Of a stretch of DNA of 32,000 nucleotides, positions 17,580 through 24,864 are shown piece by piece. The translations under genes and the position numbers were made by a program. The stretch spans positions 510,001 through 542,000 of the forward strand of contig NC_009483.1 in NCBI RefSeq assembly GCF_000016745.1, in the 5' to 3' direction. The notes beneath the pieces were generated by a model. It was not told the DNA's origin, searched no databases, and saw only the letters and a program-made list of their open reading frames with translations. The DNA is from Geotalea uraniireducens Rf4 (lineage in GTDB: Bacteria > Desulfobacterota > Desulfuromonadia > Geobacterales > Geobacteraceae). The stretch's first letter is position 1, and the number at the start of each line of letters is the position of its first letter.

Positions 17580-18361
17580 TGATCATCGCCTGTTTGCTGC
17601 TCCTCCCCGCTGCCGAAGCCTTTGCGGGCAGGGTGGCGTGCCTTCGGTGCCATAAGCCGCATTATACGGGACGCGGCACCTGCATCGGTTGTCACCGGGG
17701 TGACGGGAGATCCGACCGTCTTGCCATCGCCCACCGCGACCTGATCCAGGCGCGATTTTCCTGGTTTGCCATTGCGGGGTCGCAGCCGTTGCAGCGAGGG
17801 GAAAAACTCCTGGTGAGTTTCGCCTGTCGGCGTTGTCATACCTCGGCGGGCAAGGGAAACCGTCTGGCGAGCAATCTCGACAGGTTGCCGATGAATACCA
17901 CCCCGCAGAAAATTTTCGAAGCAATAAAATCGCAGGCTCTGTTCATGCCTGACTTCAGTTTTGACGACCGGCAGATAACCGATCTGGTGAATGCAATTCT
18001 GGCGGGAGCGGTAAAGGCGGGGCGCAGTGGGGGCGAAACACCGCAGGTCGTGCATTTTGAAGACATGAAGCGGCACACGGATAACGTCTTCGAGAAACAG
18101 TGCGGCCCCTGCCATAAAATTCTGACCGAAGCATTCGGGGCTCTGGGCAAGGGCGACATGGGACCCAATCTGTCCGGACTCTTTTCCGAGCACTACCCCG
18201 CGACCTTAAAAGACAACGGCAGGTGGACAGCGGATATCCTGAAAAAATGGCTGGAGAATCCCAGGAAAATTAGCAAGAACAGTCAGATGCGGCCGATTCC
18301 TCTAAAAAAAGACGAGTTTGAGCAGCTCCTAGCCATTCTTGCGGTAAAAACCGAGCATTAA
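17579..18361 (+). CDS. Tetraheme c-type cytochrome of the Rieske/cytochrome b complex
   Basis: The ATG overlaps the preceding stop (TGATG). Signal peptide MIIACLLLLPAAEAFA. Four CXXCH motifs (CLRCH, CIGCH, CRRCH, CGPCH). An alternative upstream start exists at 17555. Confidence 0.8.
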   Translation: MIIACLLLLPAAEAFAGRVACLRCHKPHYTGRGTCIGCHRGDGRSDRLAIAHRDLIQARFSWFAIAGSQPLQRGEKLLVSFACRRCHTSAGKGNRLASNLDRLPMNTTPQKIFEAIKSQALFMPDFSFDDRQITDLVNAILAGAVKAGRSGGETPQVVHFEDMKRHTDNVFEKQCGPCHKILTEAFGALGKGDMGPNLSGLFSEHYPATLKDNGRWTADILKKWLENPRKISKNSQMRPIPLKKDEFEQLLAILAVKTEH

Positions 18362-18399
18362 ATTGACGAATTCTACCATTACATGCGGCGAGGTGATCA

Positions 18400-18711
18400 A
18401 TGAAAATAAAAACAACCTGCGCAACTAATGTGCTGATCATCTGCTATCTTTCAGGTGTCGCGGTCGCATCTGCCGACACAATGGTCATAACGTACCGCTC
18501 CGGCAAGGTGCAAAATGTTGCCATGGATGAGCCAAGTGACGAGGTGAAGGATATAGGCTATCTCAAGATTCCCGTGCCACTACCTGAAACCAGGGCAAAG
18601 GAGTTGCCGGATACGCGGACCGGTGCAGATAAGGAGGGTCGGAAAGAGCGATCGCCCGACTCAAAAAAGCATGGGATCACCATCGAGTGGGCACCACCCC
18701 TTGACCAGTGA
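18400..18711 (+). CDS. Small secreted hypothetical protein
   Basis: Signal-peptide-like N-terminus (VLIICYLSGVAVASA), charged C-terminal half, no recognisable motif. Confidence 0.4.
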   Translation: MKIKTTCATNVLIICYLSGVAVASADTMVITYRSGKVQNVAMDEPSDEVKDIGYLKIPVPLPETRAKELPDTRTGADKEGRKERSPDSKKHGITIEWAPPLDQ

Positions 18712-18783
18712 AGCGTAGGTTGCAGCGGACGGTCACTGAGAGCCGGAGGTAGTTGATCCTTCTCCCATGGGGATCAACACGAG

Positions 18784-19998
18784 TCATTGCACGGCTTCCC
18801 CCATCTCGAATCCCCGGTCCAGCAGAAGGACTTCCACTTTGTCTCCCTCGGCATGCAGCGCTTCCGGAGCCAGGCGTATCAGGCCGTTACCCTGGATCAG
18901 CGAGGAGAGGCGGCCCGAGCTTTGATTGCCGGTGGTCGAGACGTGATAGCGGCCATCATGTACCGAGACGATTCCCCGGACCAGGTGGGGGCGCATCCCT
19001 TTGTTTGTTGCCGGTTCCTGCAGGACCGCCTTGACCACCGGCCGGAATATCCGTCGATGCCCCATGGACTTGAGGATTGACGGCCGCACGAACAGCTCGA
19101 ACGAGACCATGGCGGCAACCGGATTGCCAGGCAGGGCGAAGACCGGCTTCCCCTGCAGCATGGCGAATGCCAAAGGCTTCCCCGGTTTCATGTTGACCTT
19201 CCAGAAGGTGACGCTGCCGCCCAGTTCCTCGATCGCCACCTTGACGAAATCCCGGTCTCCGACCGAGACGCCGCCGGTGATTACCAGAATATCCGCGTTC
19301 AGGCCGGCCCTGATCTTGTCGCAGGTAGCATCGAGGGTGTCCGGGGCGATTCCCAGGAGTACCGGATCGCCTCCTGCATCCAGCACCTGGGCGGCCAGGC
19401 TGTAGCTGTTGCTGTTGATGATCTTGCCCGGCGCTGGTGTCGAGCCGGGTTCCAGGAGCTCATCACCCGTGGCCAGGATGGCGACACGCGCACGGCGGTA
19501 AACGGCAAGTGACGTTGTGCCCATGGCAGAGAGCATGCCGATTTCCTGGGGCCTGATAGTAGCACCGGCAGGGATAACGACATTGCCGTGCCGGATGTCC
19601 TCCCCCCGCTTGCGTACGTGTGATCCTGCCTTGACCGTCGAAGCGAGGCGGATCCATTCGCCATCCTCCTCCACATCCTCGATGGGGACTACCGTGTCGC
19701 AACCGGCCGGGACCGGGGCGCCGGTCATGATCCTGATCGCCTCTCCGGGCGGCACCGGGGCGGTGCGCACCTCTCCCGCCGGCAGGAAGCCGGTGACCTT
19801 CAGACGATTGTCGTTAAGCGCTGCATGGGAGAATGCGAATCCATCCATGGCGGAGTTGTCGGCCGCCGGGATGTCCCACGGGGCGATGTGGTCCTCCGGG
19901 GTGACCCTGTTCAGCCCCTGGAACACGGAAACCTTTTCCGTTTCCAAGGGAGTGATATATTCCAGGATGGTCCGTTGCGCTTCCTCGATGCTGACCAT
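18784..19998 (-). CDS. moeA: Molybdopterin molybdenumtransferase MoeA
   Basis: MVSIEEAQRTILEYITP... N-terminus. Typical NSAMDGFA, GDELLEPG and PGNPVAAMVSF blocks. The track start at 20070 is an over-extension. Confidence 0.85.
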   Translation of the reverse strand: MVSIEEAQRTILEYITPLETEKVSVFQGLNRVTPEDHIAPWDIPAADNSAMDGFAFSHAALNDNRLKVTGFLPAGEVRTAPVPPGEAIRIMTGAPVPAGCDTVVPIEDVEEDGEWIRLASTVKAGSHVRKRGEDIRHGNVVIPAGATIRPQEIGMLSAMGTTSLAVYRRARVAILATGDELLEPGSTPAPGKIINSNSYSLAAQVLDAGGDPVLLGIAPDTLDATCDKIRAGLNADILVITGGVSVGDRDFVKVAIEELGGSVTFWKVNMKPGKPLAFAMLQGKPVFALPGNPVAAMVSFELFVRPSILKSMGHRRIFRPVVKAVLQEPATNKGMRPHLVRGIVSVHDGRYHVSTTGNQSSGRLSSLIQGNGLIRLAPEALHAEGDKVEVLLLDRGFEMGEAVQ

Positions 19999-20093
19999 GG
20001 GTGCGATTTCTCCTATATTGATTCGGTGGCTGAATATCTGAATGGTAAGGGCTCGGCTTGCCGCACCCAATCTGTGGCGGGCGCAGTCCGCCC

Positions 20094-20597
20094 CTACATC
20101 AGGAATTTCGTCTCGATGAAGTCGGCAACCATGTCGGCGTCGTTGAGGTCAAGCACCGGCACGTCCAGTTCAAGCTTCCCGTCGCTGGCCACCGCCACCA
20201 GGGACGGGTCGTGCTCCTCCCCCCGGCAGAGCAGCGTCGTGCTTCTCTCCTGACGGTTGAGCTCGATCTTCGGCATGGAGCTCTTCTTGAACCCCTCGGT
20301 CAGGACGATATCCACATCGGAGAAATAGGTCGAGAGGAGTTCCTCGATGGGCGGTGACGCGGCATGTTTCTTCACCAAGGCCAGCTTCTCCGGCGAGGAG
20401 ATCAGCATGGTATCGGCCCCGGCCGCGGTCAGACGGTGGCTGTCTTTTCCCGGGTGGTCGATGTCGAAGCGATGGGCATCGTGCTTGACGACTCCCACCT
20501 TGTATCCACGCTCTTTCAGGTGGCCGATGACCTTTTCCAGCAGGGTCGTCTTGCCTGTGCCGGACTTCGCCACGAATGAAACCGCCTTTACCGTCAT
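20094..20597 (-). CDS. mobB: Molybdopterin-guanine dinucleotide biosynthesis adapter protein MobB
   Basis: P-loop SGTGKTTLLEKVI, then GVVKHDAHRFDIDHPGKDS. Confidence 0.85.
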   Translation of the reverse strand: MTVKAVSFVAKSGTGKTTLLEKVIGHLKERGYKVGVVKHDAHRFDIDHPGKDSHRLTAAGADTMLISSPEKLALVKKHAASPPIEELLSTYFSDVDIVLTEGFKKSSMPKIELNRQERSTTLLCRGEEHDPSLVAVASDGKLELDVPVLDLNDADMVADFIETKFLM

Positions 20598-21190
20598 AGA
20601 TTTCCTCCTATTTTTGCAAATTCCTCCGGGGTGTTGATGTTCAGAAAAGCCCTTCCGTCCCTGTCGAACCGGGCAAGTTCTTCATACGCCACATACCTGA
20701 CCCGGACCTGCGGATAATAGGCGTAGGCGCAGAAGTCGCCGCTATCCAGAAGCCTCTTGATCGGCCCGAGACAGCTTTTCGCGTAAAGCGCGAAGAGCGG
20801 CTCGTAACCGTTGGCGGTGGTTGGCACAACCGCATCGTAGCCGTTTCTGAGGGAGCAGAGGTAGCGAAGAACCTCTGCGCTCGGAAAGGGAAGGTCGCAG
20901 GAGGAAACGAAAACGTACTCCGTCGCTGCGTTATGGAGGCCGGTATAGAGTCCCCCCAGGGAGCTGCCGTGGTAGATGTCCGGCAAAACCGGGAGGCCGT
21001 AATCGGCAAAGCGTTCCTCACGGTTCCCCACCAGAACGACCTGTGCGAAACTCTCCCTGAACACCTCCAGTACCCTCTCGAAGAGCGGCTTGCCGGCAAC
21101 TTCCAGAAATGCCTTGTCCTTCCCCATGCGGCGGCTCTTCCCGCCGACCAGGATAACCCCGGTTATGTCTTGTTCCGGATTTTCGTGCAT
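20594..21190 (-). CDS. mobA: Molybdenum cofactor guanylyltransferase MobA
   Basis: GVILVGGKSRRMGKDKAFL nucleotide-binding motif. 4-nt overlap with mobB. Confidence 0.85.
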   Translation of the reverse strand: MHENPEQDITGVILVGGKSRRMGKDKAFLEVAGKPLFERVLEVFRESFAQVVLVGNREERFADYGLPVLPDIYHGSSLGGLYTGLHNAATEYVFVSSCDLPFPSAEVLRYLCSLRNGYDAVVPTTANGYEPLFALYAKSCLGPIKRLLDSGDFCAYAYYPQVRVRYVAYEELARFDRDGRAFLNINTPEEFAKIGGNL

Positions 21191-21209
21191 GGCAGTACTA
21201 TGTCAGCTC

Positions 21210-21326
21210 CTATTGATCCTTCTTCTCGACTTCTTTGGGATTTGCAAGCTTGGGCTCTTCTTCAGCGGCCTTCTTGAAGCTCCTGATGGCGCCGCCGAGT
21301 GAAGCCCCCAGTTGGGGGAGTTTGCC
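21210..21326 (-). pseudogene. tatA: 5'-truncated tatA remnant (lacks start codon and TM helix)
   Basis: The minus strand reads GKLPQLGASLGGAIRSFKKAAEEEPKLANPKEVEKKDQ-stop, which is the amphipathic-helix and tail part of TatA/E. In frame upstream there is a TAA 13 codons before the Gly, and no frame encodes the M..G..ELIIILVIVLLVFG-type TM segment. Confidence 0.6.
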
Positions 21327-21563
21327 GTTGGTTATAGCAAAATCGCATAACGACAGGCAACAAATTTAACGTTTGACGTTCTCGGCGCGAACCGGCTGTG
21401 AGTTCGTTCTCTCCTCACTCCGGCCCTGTAGTGTCTGCCGGATTCAACGGACGTTTCCGCCCCGGTTGTTTTAACACGAAGACGCAGACGCAGAGAAAAA
21501 GCTCAAAAAACAAGCCGTTGATCTTCTTTGCGCCTGCGCCTCTGGTTTTGCTGCCGTCACAGC

Positions 21564-22067
21564 TCACAGGCTGTCGGCAATCTTCAGCGCCACAGTGCGG
21601 GCATGGGCCTGGATCTGCTCGGGGGGCATTTCATCGACACCGAAGAGCTTCCGGTCAAATTCGTAGAGCCGGTCGGCGATGATGACTTCCGGCTTGAGCC
21701 CGTCGATGACGCCGTTCATCATGCGCGACGAACAGTTGACGAAACACCCCTCCAGGGCAATCAGTCTCGCCGCGCTGCGCACCAGCTTCCGCTGGCCGGT
21801 GTCCTTGGTGAAGGCTCCCCCCAGGCAGATTCTGACCGTTTTCTCCGGGGCGAGTGAGTGGCAGAGCAAGTTGGCAGCCTGGCGGGCTACCTCGCCCCGC
21901 AGGCATGCCCCTTCGCAACAGATCACCGCCACCGGCTTTGCCTTCTGGCGATCCGCGAAATCCTCGCAGAGATGGCAGCTGTTCCGCGCCTTTTCGATCC
22001 GTGCCACTTCATATCCGTTCGCTGTTCCTGTTTCGTTACCGCTTCCGCAGCAAGCTTTGTTACTCAT
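21564..22067 (-). CDS. Cys-rich DGC-domain-like (putative zinc/metalloid-binding) protein
   Basis: 167 aa. N-terminal CCGSG, CHLCED, VICCEGACLRGEVA and LEGCFVNC blocks resemble the DGC (putative zinc-binding) domain family. This assignment is from memory of the family, not a search. Confidence 0.5.
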   Translation of the reverse strand: MSNKACCGSGNETGTANGYEVARIEKARNSCHLCEDFADRQKAKPVAVICCEGACLRGEVARQAANLLCHSLAPEKTVRICLGGAFTKDTGQRKLVRSAARLIALEGCFVNCSSRMMNGVIDGLKPEVIIADRLYEFDRKLFGVDEMPPEQIQAHARTVALKIADSL

Positions 22068-22148
22068 GGTTTTCCTCCATCTGTGGAATATACTGCTTCA
22101 CATACCAGAGACGGCGGATGAGCGAAAAAGGATACACTTTTACGGAAA

Positions 22149-22715
22149 TTATTGTCCGGCCTTCCGGTCACACATGAGTTCGTTGCGTTCATCCCGATAT
22201 AAGTCGCACTGGCACGTCATTGCTTCTCGTAAGCGGGTGCGGGCGCGATGGAGCCGTATCTTGACCGTGTCGATACTTACCGCGAGAATTTCGGCAATCT
22301 CCTGGTTTGTGAATTCGTCGAATTCGCTCAGGATAAGGGCGGCGCGGTAGTCCTCGGGCAACTGGTCAACGATGCCGCGGATGCAGGCGTTCATCTCGTG
22401 GCGGATGTATTCCCGGTCAGCTCCCGGAGAGTCGAGGTCGGGAATATCATCTACGGATGCCGTATCATCGAACGGGAGCTCGTTTATGCGCTGTTTTGTC
22501 CCTGATGAGAGGGCATGGTCATGGGCGGTGTTTGTCGCTATGCGGTAAATCCATGTGGCCAGTGATGATTCCCCGCGAAAGTTGGCCAACGACTGGCTGA
22601 CTTTCAGGAAAACGGCCTGGGTGAGATCGAGAGCGTCTGACCCGCCAGAGAGATGGGAGATATACCGGTGGATCTTCGGCTGGAATTCCCGGTAAACGGT
22701 GTCGAAGTTTTTCAA
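22149..22715 (-). CDS. ECF-type sigma-70 factor with C-terminal Cys-rich extension
   Basis: GGAGG lies 6 nt before TTG 22715, which overlaps the acr3 stop (TTGA). Sigma-2 region ([19 protein letters not shown]...[10 protein letters not shown]) and sigma-4 region ([46 protein letters not shown]). Tail [22 protein letters not shown]. The rest of the 524-aa track ORF is an out-of-frame overlap with acr3. Confidence 0.8.
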   Translation of the reverse strand: MKNFDTVYREFQPKIHRYISHLSGGSDALDLTQAVFLKVSQSLANFRGESSLATWIYRIATNTAHDHALSSGTKQRINELPFDDTASVDDIPDLDSPGADREYIRHEMNACIRGIVDQLPEDYRAALILSEFDEFTNQEIAEILAVSIDTVKIRLHRARTRLREAMTCQCDLYRDERNELMCDRKAGQ

Positions 22716-23764
22716 GCCATGCCTCCAAACCACCGTCGCTGGAACCAGAAGGCCACGTTGACCAGTCCGATCATCACCGGCACCTCCACCAGCGGGCCGA
22801 TGACTGCGGCGAAGGCGGCGCCGGAGTTGAGGCCGAACACCGCCACCGCAACGGCTATGGCCAACTCGAAGTTGTTGCTGGCGGCGGTAAAGGCCAGGGT
22901 CGTGGTCTTGGAGTAGTCGGCGCCCAACCGCTTTCCCATCCAGAAAGAGACCAGGAACATCAGCACAAAGTAGATCAACATCGGGATGGCGATCCGCACC
23001 ACGTCCAGCGGCAGTTGCACGATGAGGTTCCCCTTGAGGCTGAACATGACGACGATGGTGAAGAGGAGGGCGATCAGGGTGATGGGGCCGATCCGCGGCA
23101 CCACCTCCCTGTGGTAGCGCTCCACGCCCATTGTCTTGACGCCGATGAGCCGCGTCAGCGCCCCGGCGATGCAGGGGATGCCCAGGTAGATGAAGACGCT
23201 TTCGGCGATTTGGCGAATGCTCACCTCCACGAGGCTTCCGGAAAGGCCGAAGAGGGGCGGGAGGACCGTGATGAAGAACCAGGCGTAGACGCTGTAGAAG
23301 AGGACCTGGAAAATGCTGTTGAAGGCGACGAGTCCGGCGGCGTACTCGGTGTTTCCCTTGGCCAGTTCGTTCCAGACGATGACCATGGCGATGCAGCGGG
23401 CGAGGCCGATCATGATAAGGCCGACCATGTACTCCGGCTTGTCGGGGAGGAAGACTATGGCGAGGATGAACATGAGTGCCGGACCGATCAGCCAGTTCTG
23501 GACGAGCGACAGCCCCAGCACTTGCTTGTTGCGGAACACCTCCGGCATCTCCTCGTATTTCACCTTGGCGAAGGGGGGATACATCATGAGGATCAGCCCG
23601 GCGGCTATGGGGATATTGGTGGTCCCGACCTGGAAGCGGTTGATGAATGTTTCCACGCCGGGGACGAACCAGCCGAGCCCGACTCCCAGCGCCATGGCGG
23701 CGAAGATCCAGAATGTGAGCCAACGGTCGAGGAAAGAGAGTTTTTTTGAGATGCCTTCAGACAT
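22712..23764 (-). CDS. acr3: Arsenite efflux permease, ACR3 family
   Basis: 350 aa with about 10 TM segments. N-terminus [22 protein letters not shown] and overall pattern typical of Acr3. Sits downstream of arsR. Confidence 0.85.
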   Translation of the reverse strand: MSEGISKKLSFLDRWLTFWIFAAMALGVGLGWFVPGVETFINRFQVGTTNIPIAAGLILMMYPPFAKVKYEEMPEVFRNKQVLGLSLVQNWLIGPALMFILAIVFLPDKPEYMVGLIMIGLARCIAMVIVWNELAKGNTEYAAGLVAFNSIFQVLFYSVYAWFFITVLPPLFGLSGSLVEVSIRQIAESVFIYLGIPCIAGALTRLIGVKTMGVERYHREVVPRIGPITLIALLFTIVVMFSLKGNLIVQLPLDVVRIAIPMLIYFVLMFLVSFWMGKRLGADYSKTTTLAFTAASNNFELAIAVAVAVFGLNSGAAFAAVIGPLVEVPVMIGLVNVAFWFQRRWFGGMA

Positions 23765-23880
23765 GATCCTATGTCTCCTTATTCTAAATTGTATGTCCGC
23801 AGGGGCAGACCCGCGTGTCTGCCCTGTGAGTTATGGGTGCAGAGGAACAGGACTTTTTTGGCCATGATTCATTAAATCTC

Positions 23881-23908
23881 TTGACTTATCCGCTTGTGCG
23901 GATATATT
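23881..23908 (+). promoter_or_regulatory. Promoter/operator module P1: second copy of the arsR promoter, facing into the 3' end of arsR
   Basis: TTGACT (23881-23886), 16-nt spacer holding the perfect palindrome TATCCGC-TTGT-GCGGATA, then TATATT (23903-23908). Near-identical to P2 on the other strand. Confidence 0.5.
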
Positions 23909-23921
23909 TGGACAAAAATTT

Positions 23922-24263
23922 TTAGGCGCAGTTGCTTCTGTGGGAAAAGGAAACAAGCCTCTTCAGGTCTTCATCGGCAGTGCAGAGCTCGGGCAGGCGC
24001 TGCCTGAGCAGTTCGGCCAGCTCCTTCTGAATGGCGCCCCGCTCGGCAGCGACGGAATAGTACATCCAGACCCCCATGCGGCGGTCCTCCACCCAGCCGG
24101 CATTTTTCAGATAGGCCAGGTGCCGGGAGGCGGTGGACTGGGGAAGCTGAAGGGCGGCCATGATGTCGCAGACGCACAGCTCCCCCTCGTGCAGGAGGAG
24201 GGCCAGGATGCGAAGGCGGGTTTCGTCGGCCAGGGCTTTGAATATCCGTGCAGTATTTTTCAT
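23922..24263 (-). CDS. arsR: ArsR-family arsenite-responsive repressor
   Basis: ALADETRLRILALLLHEGELCVCDIMAALQLPQSTASRHLAYLKNAGWV contains the ELCVCD metalloid site and the wHTH. Confidence 0.9.
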   Translation of the reverse strand: MKNTARIFKALADETRLRILALLLHEGELCVCDIMAALQLPQSTASRHLAYLKNAGWVEDRRMGVWMYYSVAAERGAIQKELAELLRQRLPELCTADEDLKRLVSFSHRSNCA

Positions 24264-24269
24264 GGCTTA

Positions 24270-24298
24270 AATATATCCGCATAAAAGGATATGGTCAA
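24270..24298 (-). promoter_or_regulatory. Promoter/operator module P2 of arsR (apparently leaderless transcript)
   Basis: The minus strand reads TTGACC-ATATCCTTTTATGCGGA-TATATT-TAAGCC-ATG. The -10 ends 6 nt before the arsR ATG and there is no SD. The spacer contains ATATCC-N8-GGATAT. Confidence 0.55.
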
Positions 24299-24545
24299 GG
24301 GGTTTTGTTACGGCGTTGTAAGGCTTCATTTTTTCCGTCTGGGGCCGATAGAAGCTATGAGCCTGTCTGACTTAGGAATGAATCTACTGCGAGAATGGCA
24401 AATCGGTCCATATCTCTGTAAATTTTCGACGAATAGGTCCACTATTCGCTCTCAAATTTCCGGAAATCTGTCCTCTATTTTCCATCCTCTCGCTATGATT
24501 CCCTAAGCCCGACAGGCTCCTGATATCAAAAAAGGAGGGATTGCA

Positions 24546-24854
24546 ATGAAAAAGTTTTTTGTCTTGCCGGCAGTTCTGACGGCCATGGCGGCAACGCCGG
24601 CACTGGCCGTGGTCGGCGGAGGCGACATCACCCTGAAGAACAAGGGGGGCGATGTGGTCTTCAGCCACAACTCGCACGTTGATGGGGCGGGCCTCGAATG
24701 CACCGCCTGCCATGACAGACTCTATCTAAGCAAGGCCCAGCACAGGAAGGTCACCATGAAGCAGATGCAGAAGGGTAAGTCCTGCGGTGCCTGTCACAAC
24801 GGAAAGAAGGCGTTTTCAGTGAAGGGCGATTGCGTCAAGTGCCATAAAAAATAG
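24546..24854 (+). CDS. Periplasmic triheme cytochrome c7-type (PpcA-family-like)
   Basis: AAGGAGGG RBS. Signal peptide ...TPALA/VV. Three CXXCH motifs (CTACH, CGACH, CVKCH) in about 80 mature residues. Ends CVKCHKK like c7 cytochromes. Confidence 0.8.
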   Translation: MKKFFVLPAVLTAMAATPALAVVGGGDITLKNKGGDVVFSHNSHVDGAGLECTACHDRLYLSKAQHRKVTMKQMQKGKSCGACHNGKKAFSVKGDCVKCHKK

Positions 24855-24864
24855 GAGGAACGGA

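Noticed and set aside
21330-21563. tRNA, tRNA-Sec or Moco riboswitch in the noncoding stretch upstream of the tatA remnant
   Set aside because: I could not fold a cloverleaf: a GGTTCGCGCC segment lacks proper T-arm partners and the TTCAA segment has no anticodon stem. I cannot recall the Moco consensus well enough to claim a match. It is left as unassigned.
22716-23723. Upstream two-thirds of the 524-aa minus-strand ORF 22149-23723
   Set aside because: It overlaps acr3 out of frame. Its translation is low-complexity and rich in Arg, Pro, Gly and His. Only the last 188 codons (22149-22715) look like a real protein (the ECF sigma).
23940-24284. 114-aa plus-strand ORF antisense to arsR, downstream of promoter P1
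   Set aside because: The translation is Gly/Pro/Gln-rich with no motif. It starts at a GTG without an SD. Any P1 transcript is more plausibly noncoding or read-through.
24510-24540. RBS-sequestering hairpin (CTCCT...AGGAG) as a riboswitch expression platform before the c7 gene
   Set aside because: The stem is only 5 bp with an A-rich loop, and no upstream aptamer-like structure was recognised. The evidence is too weak.
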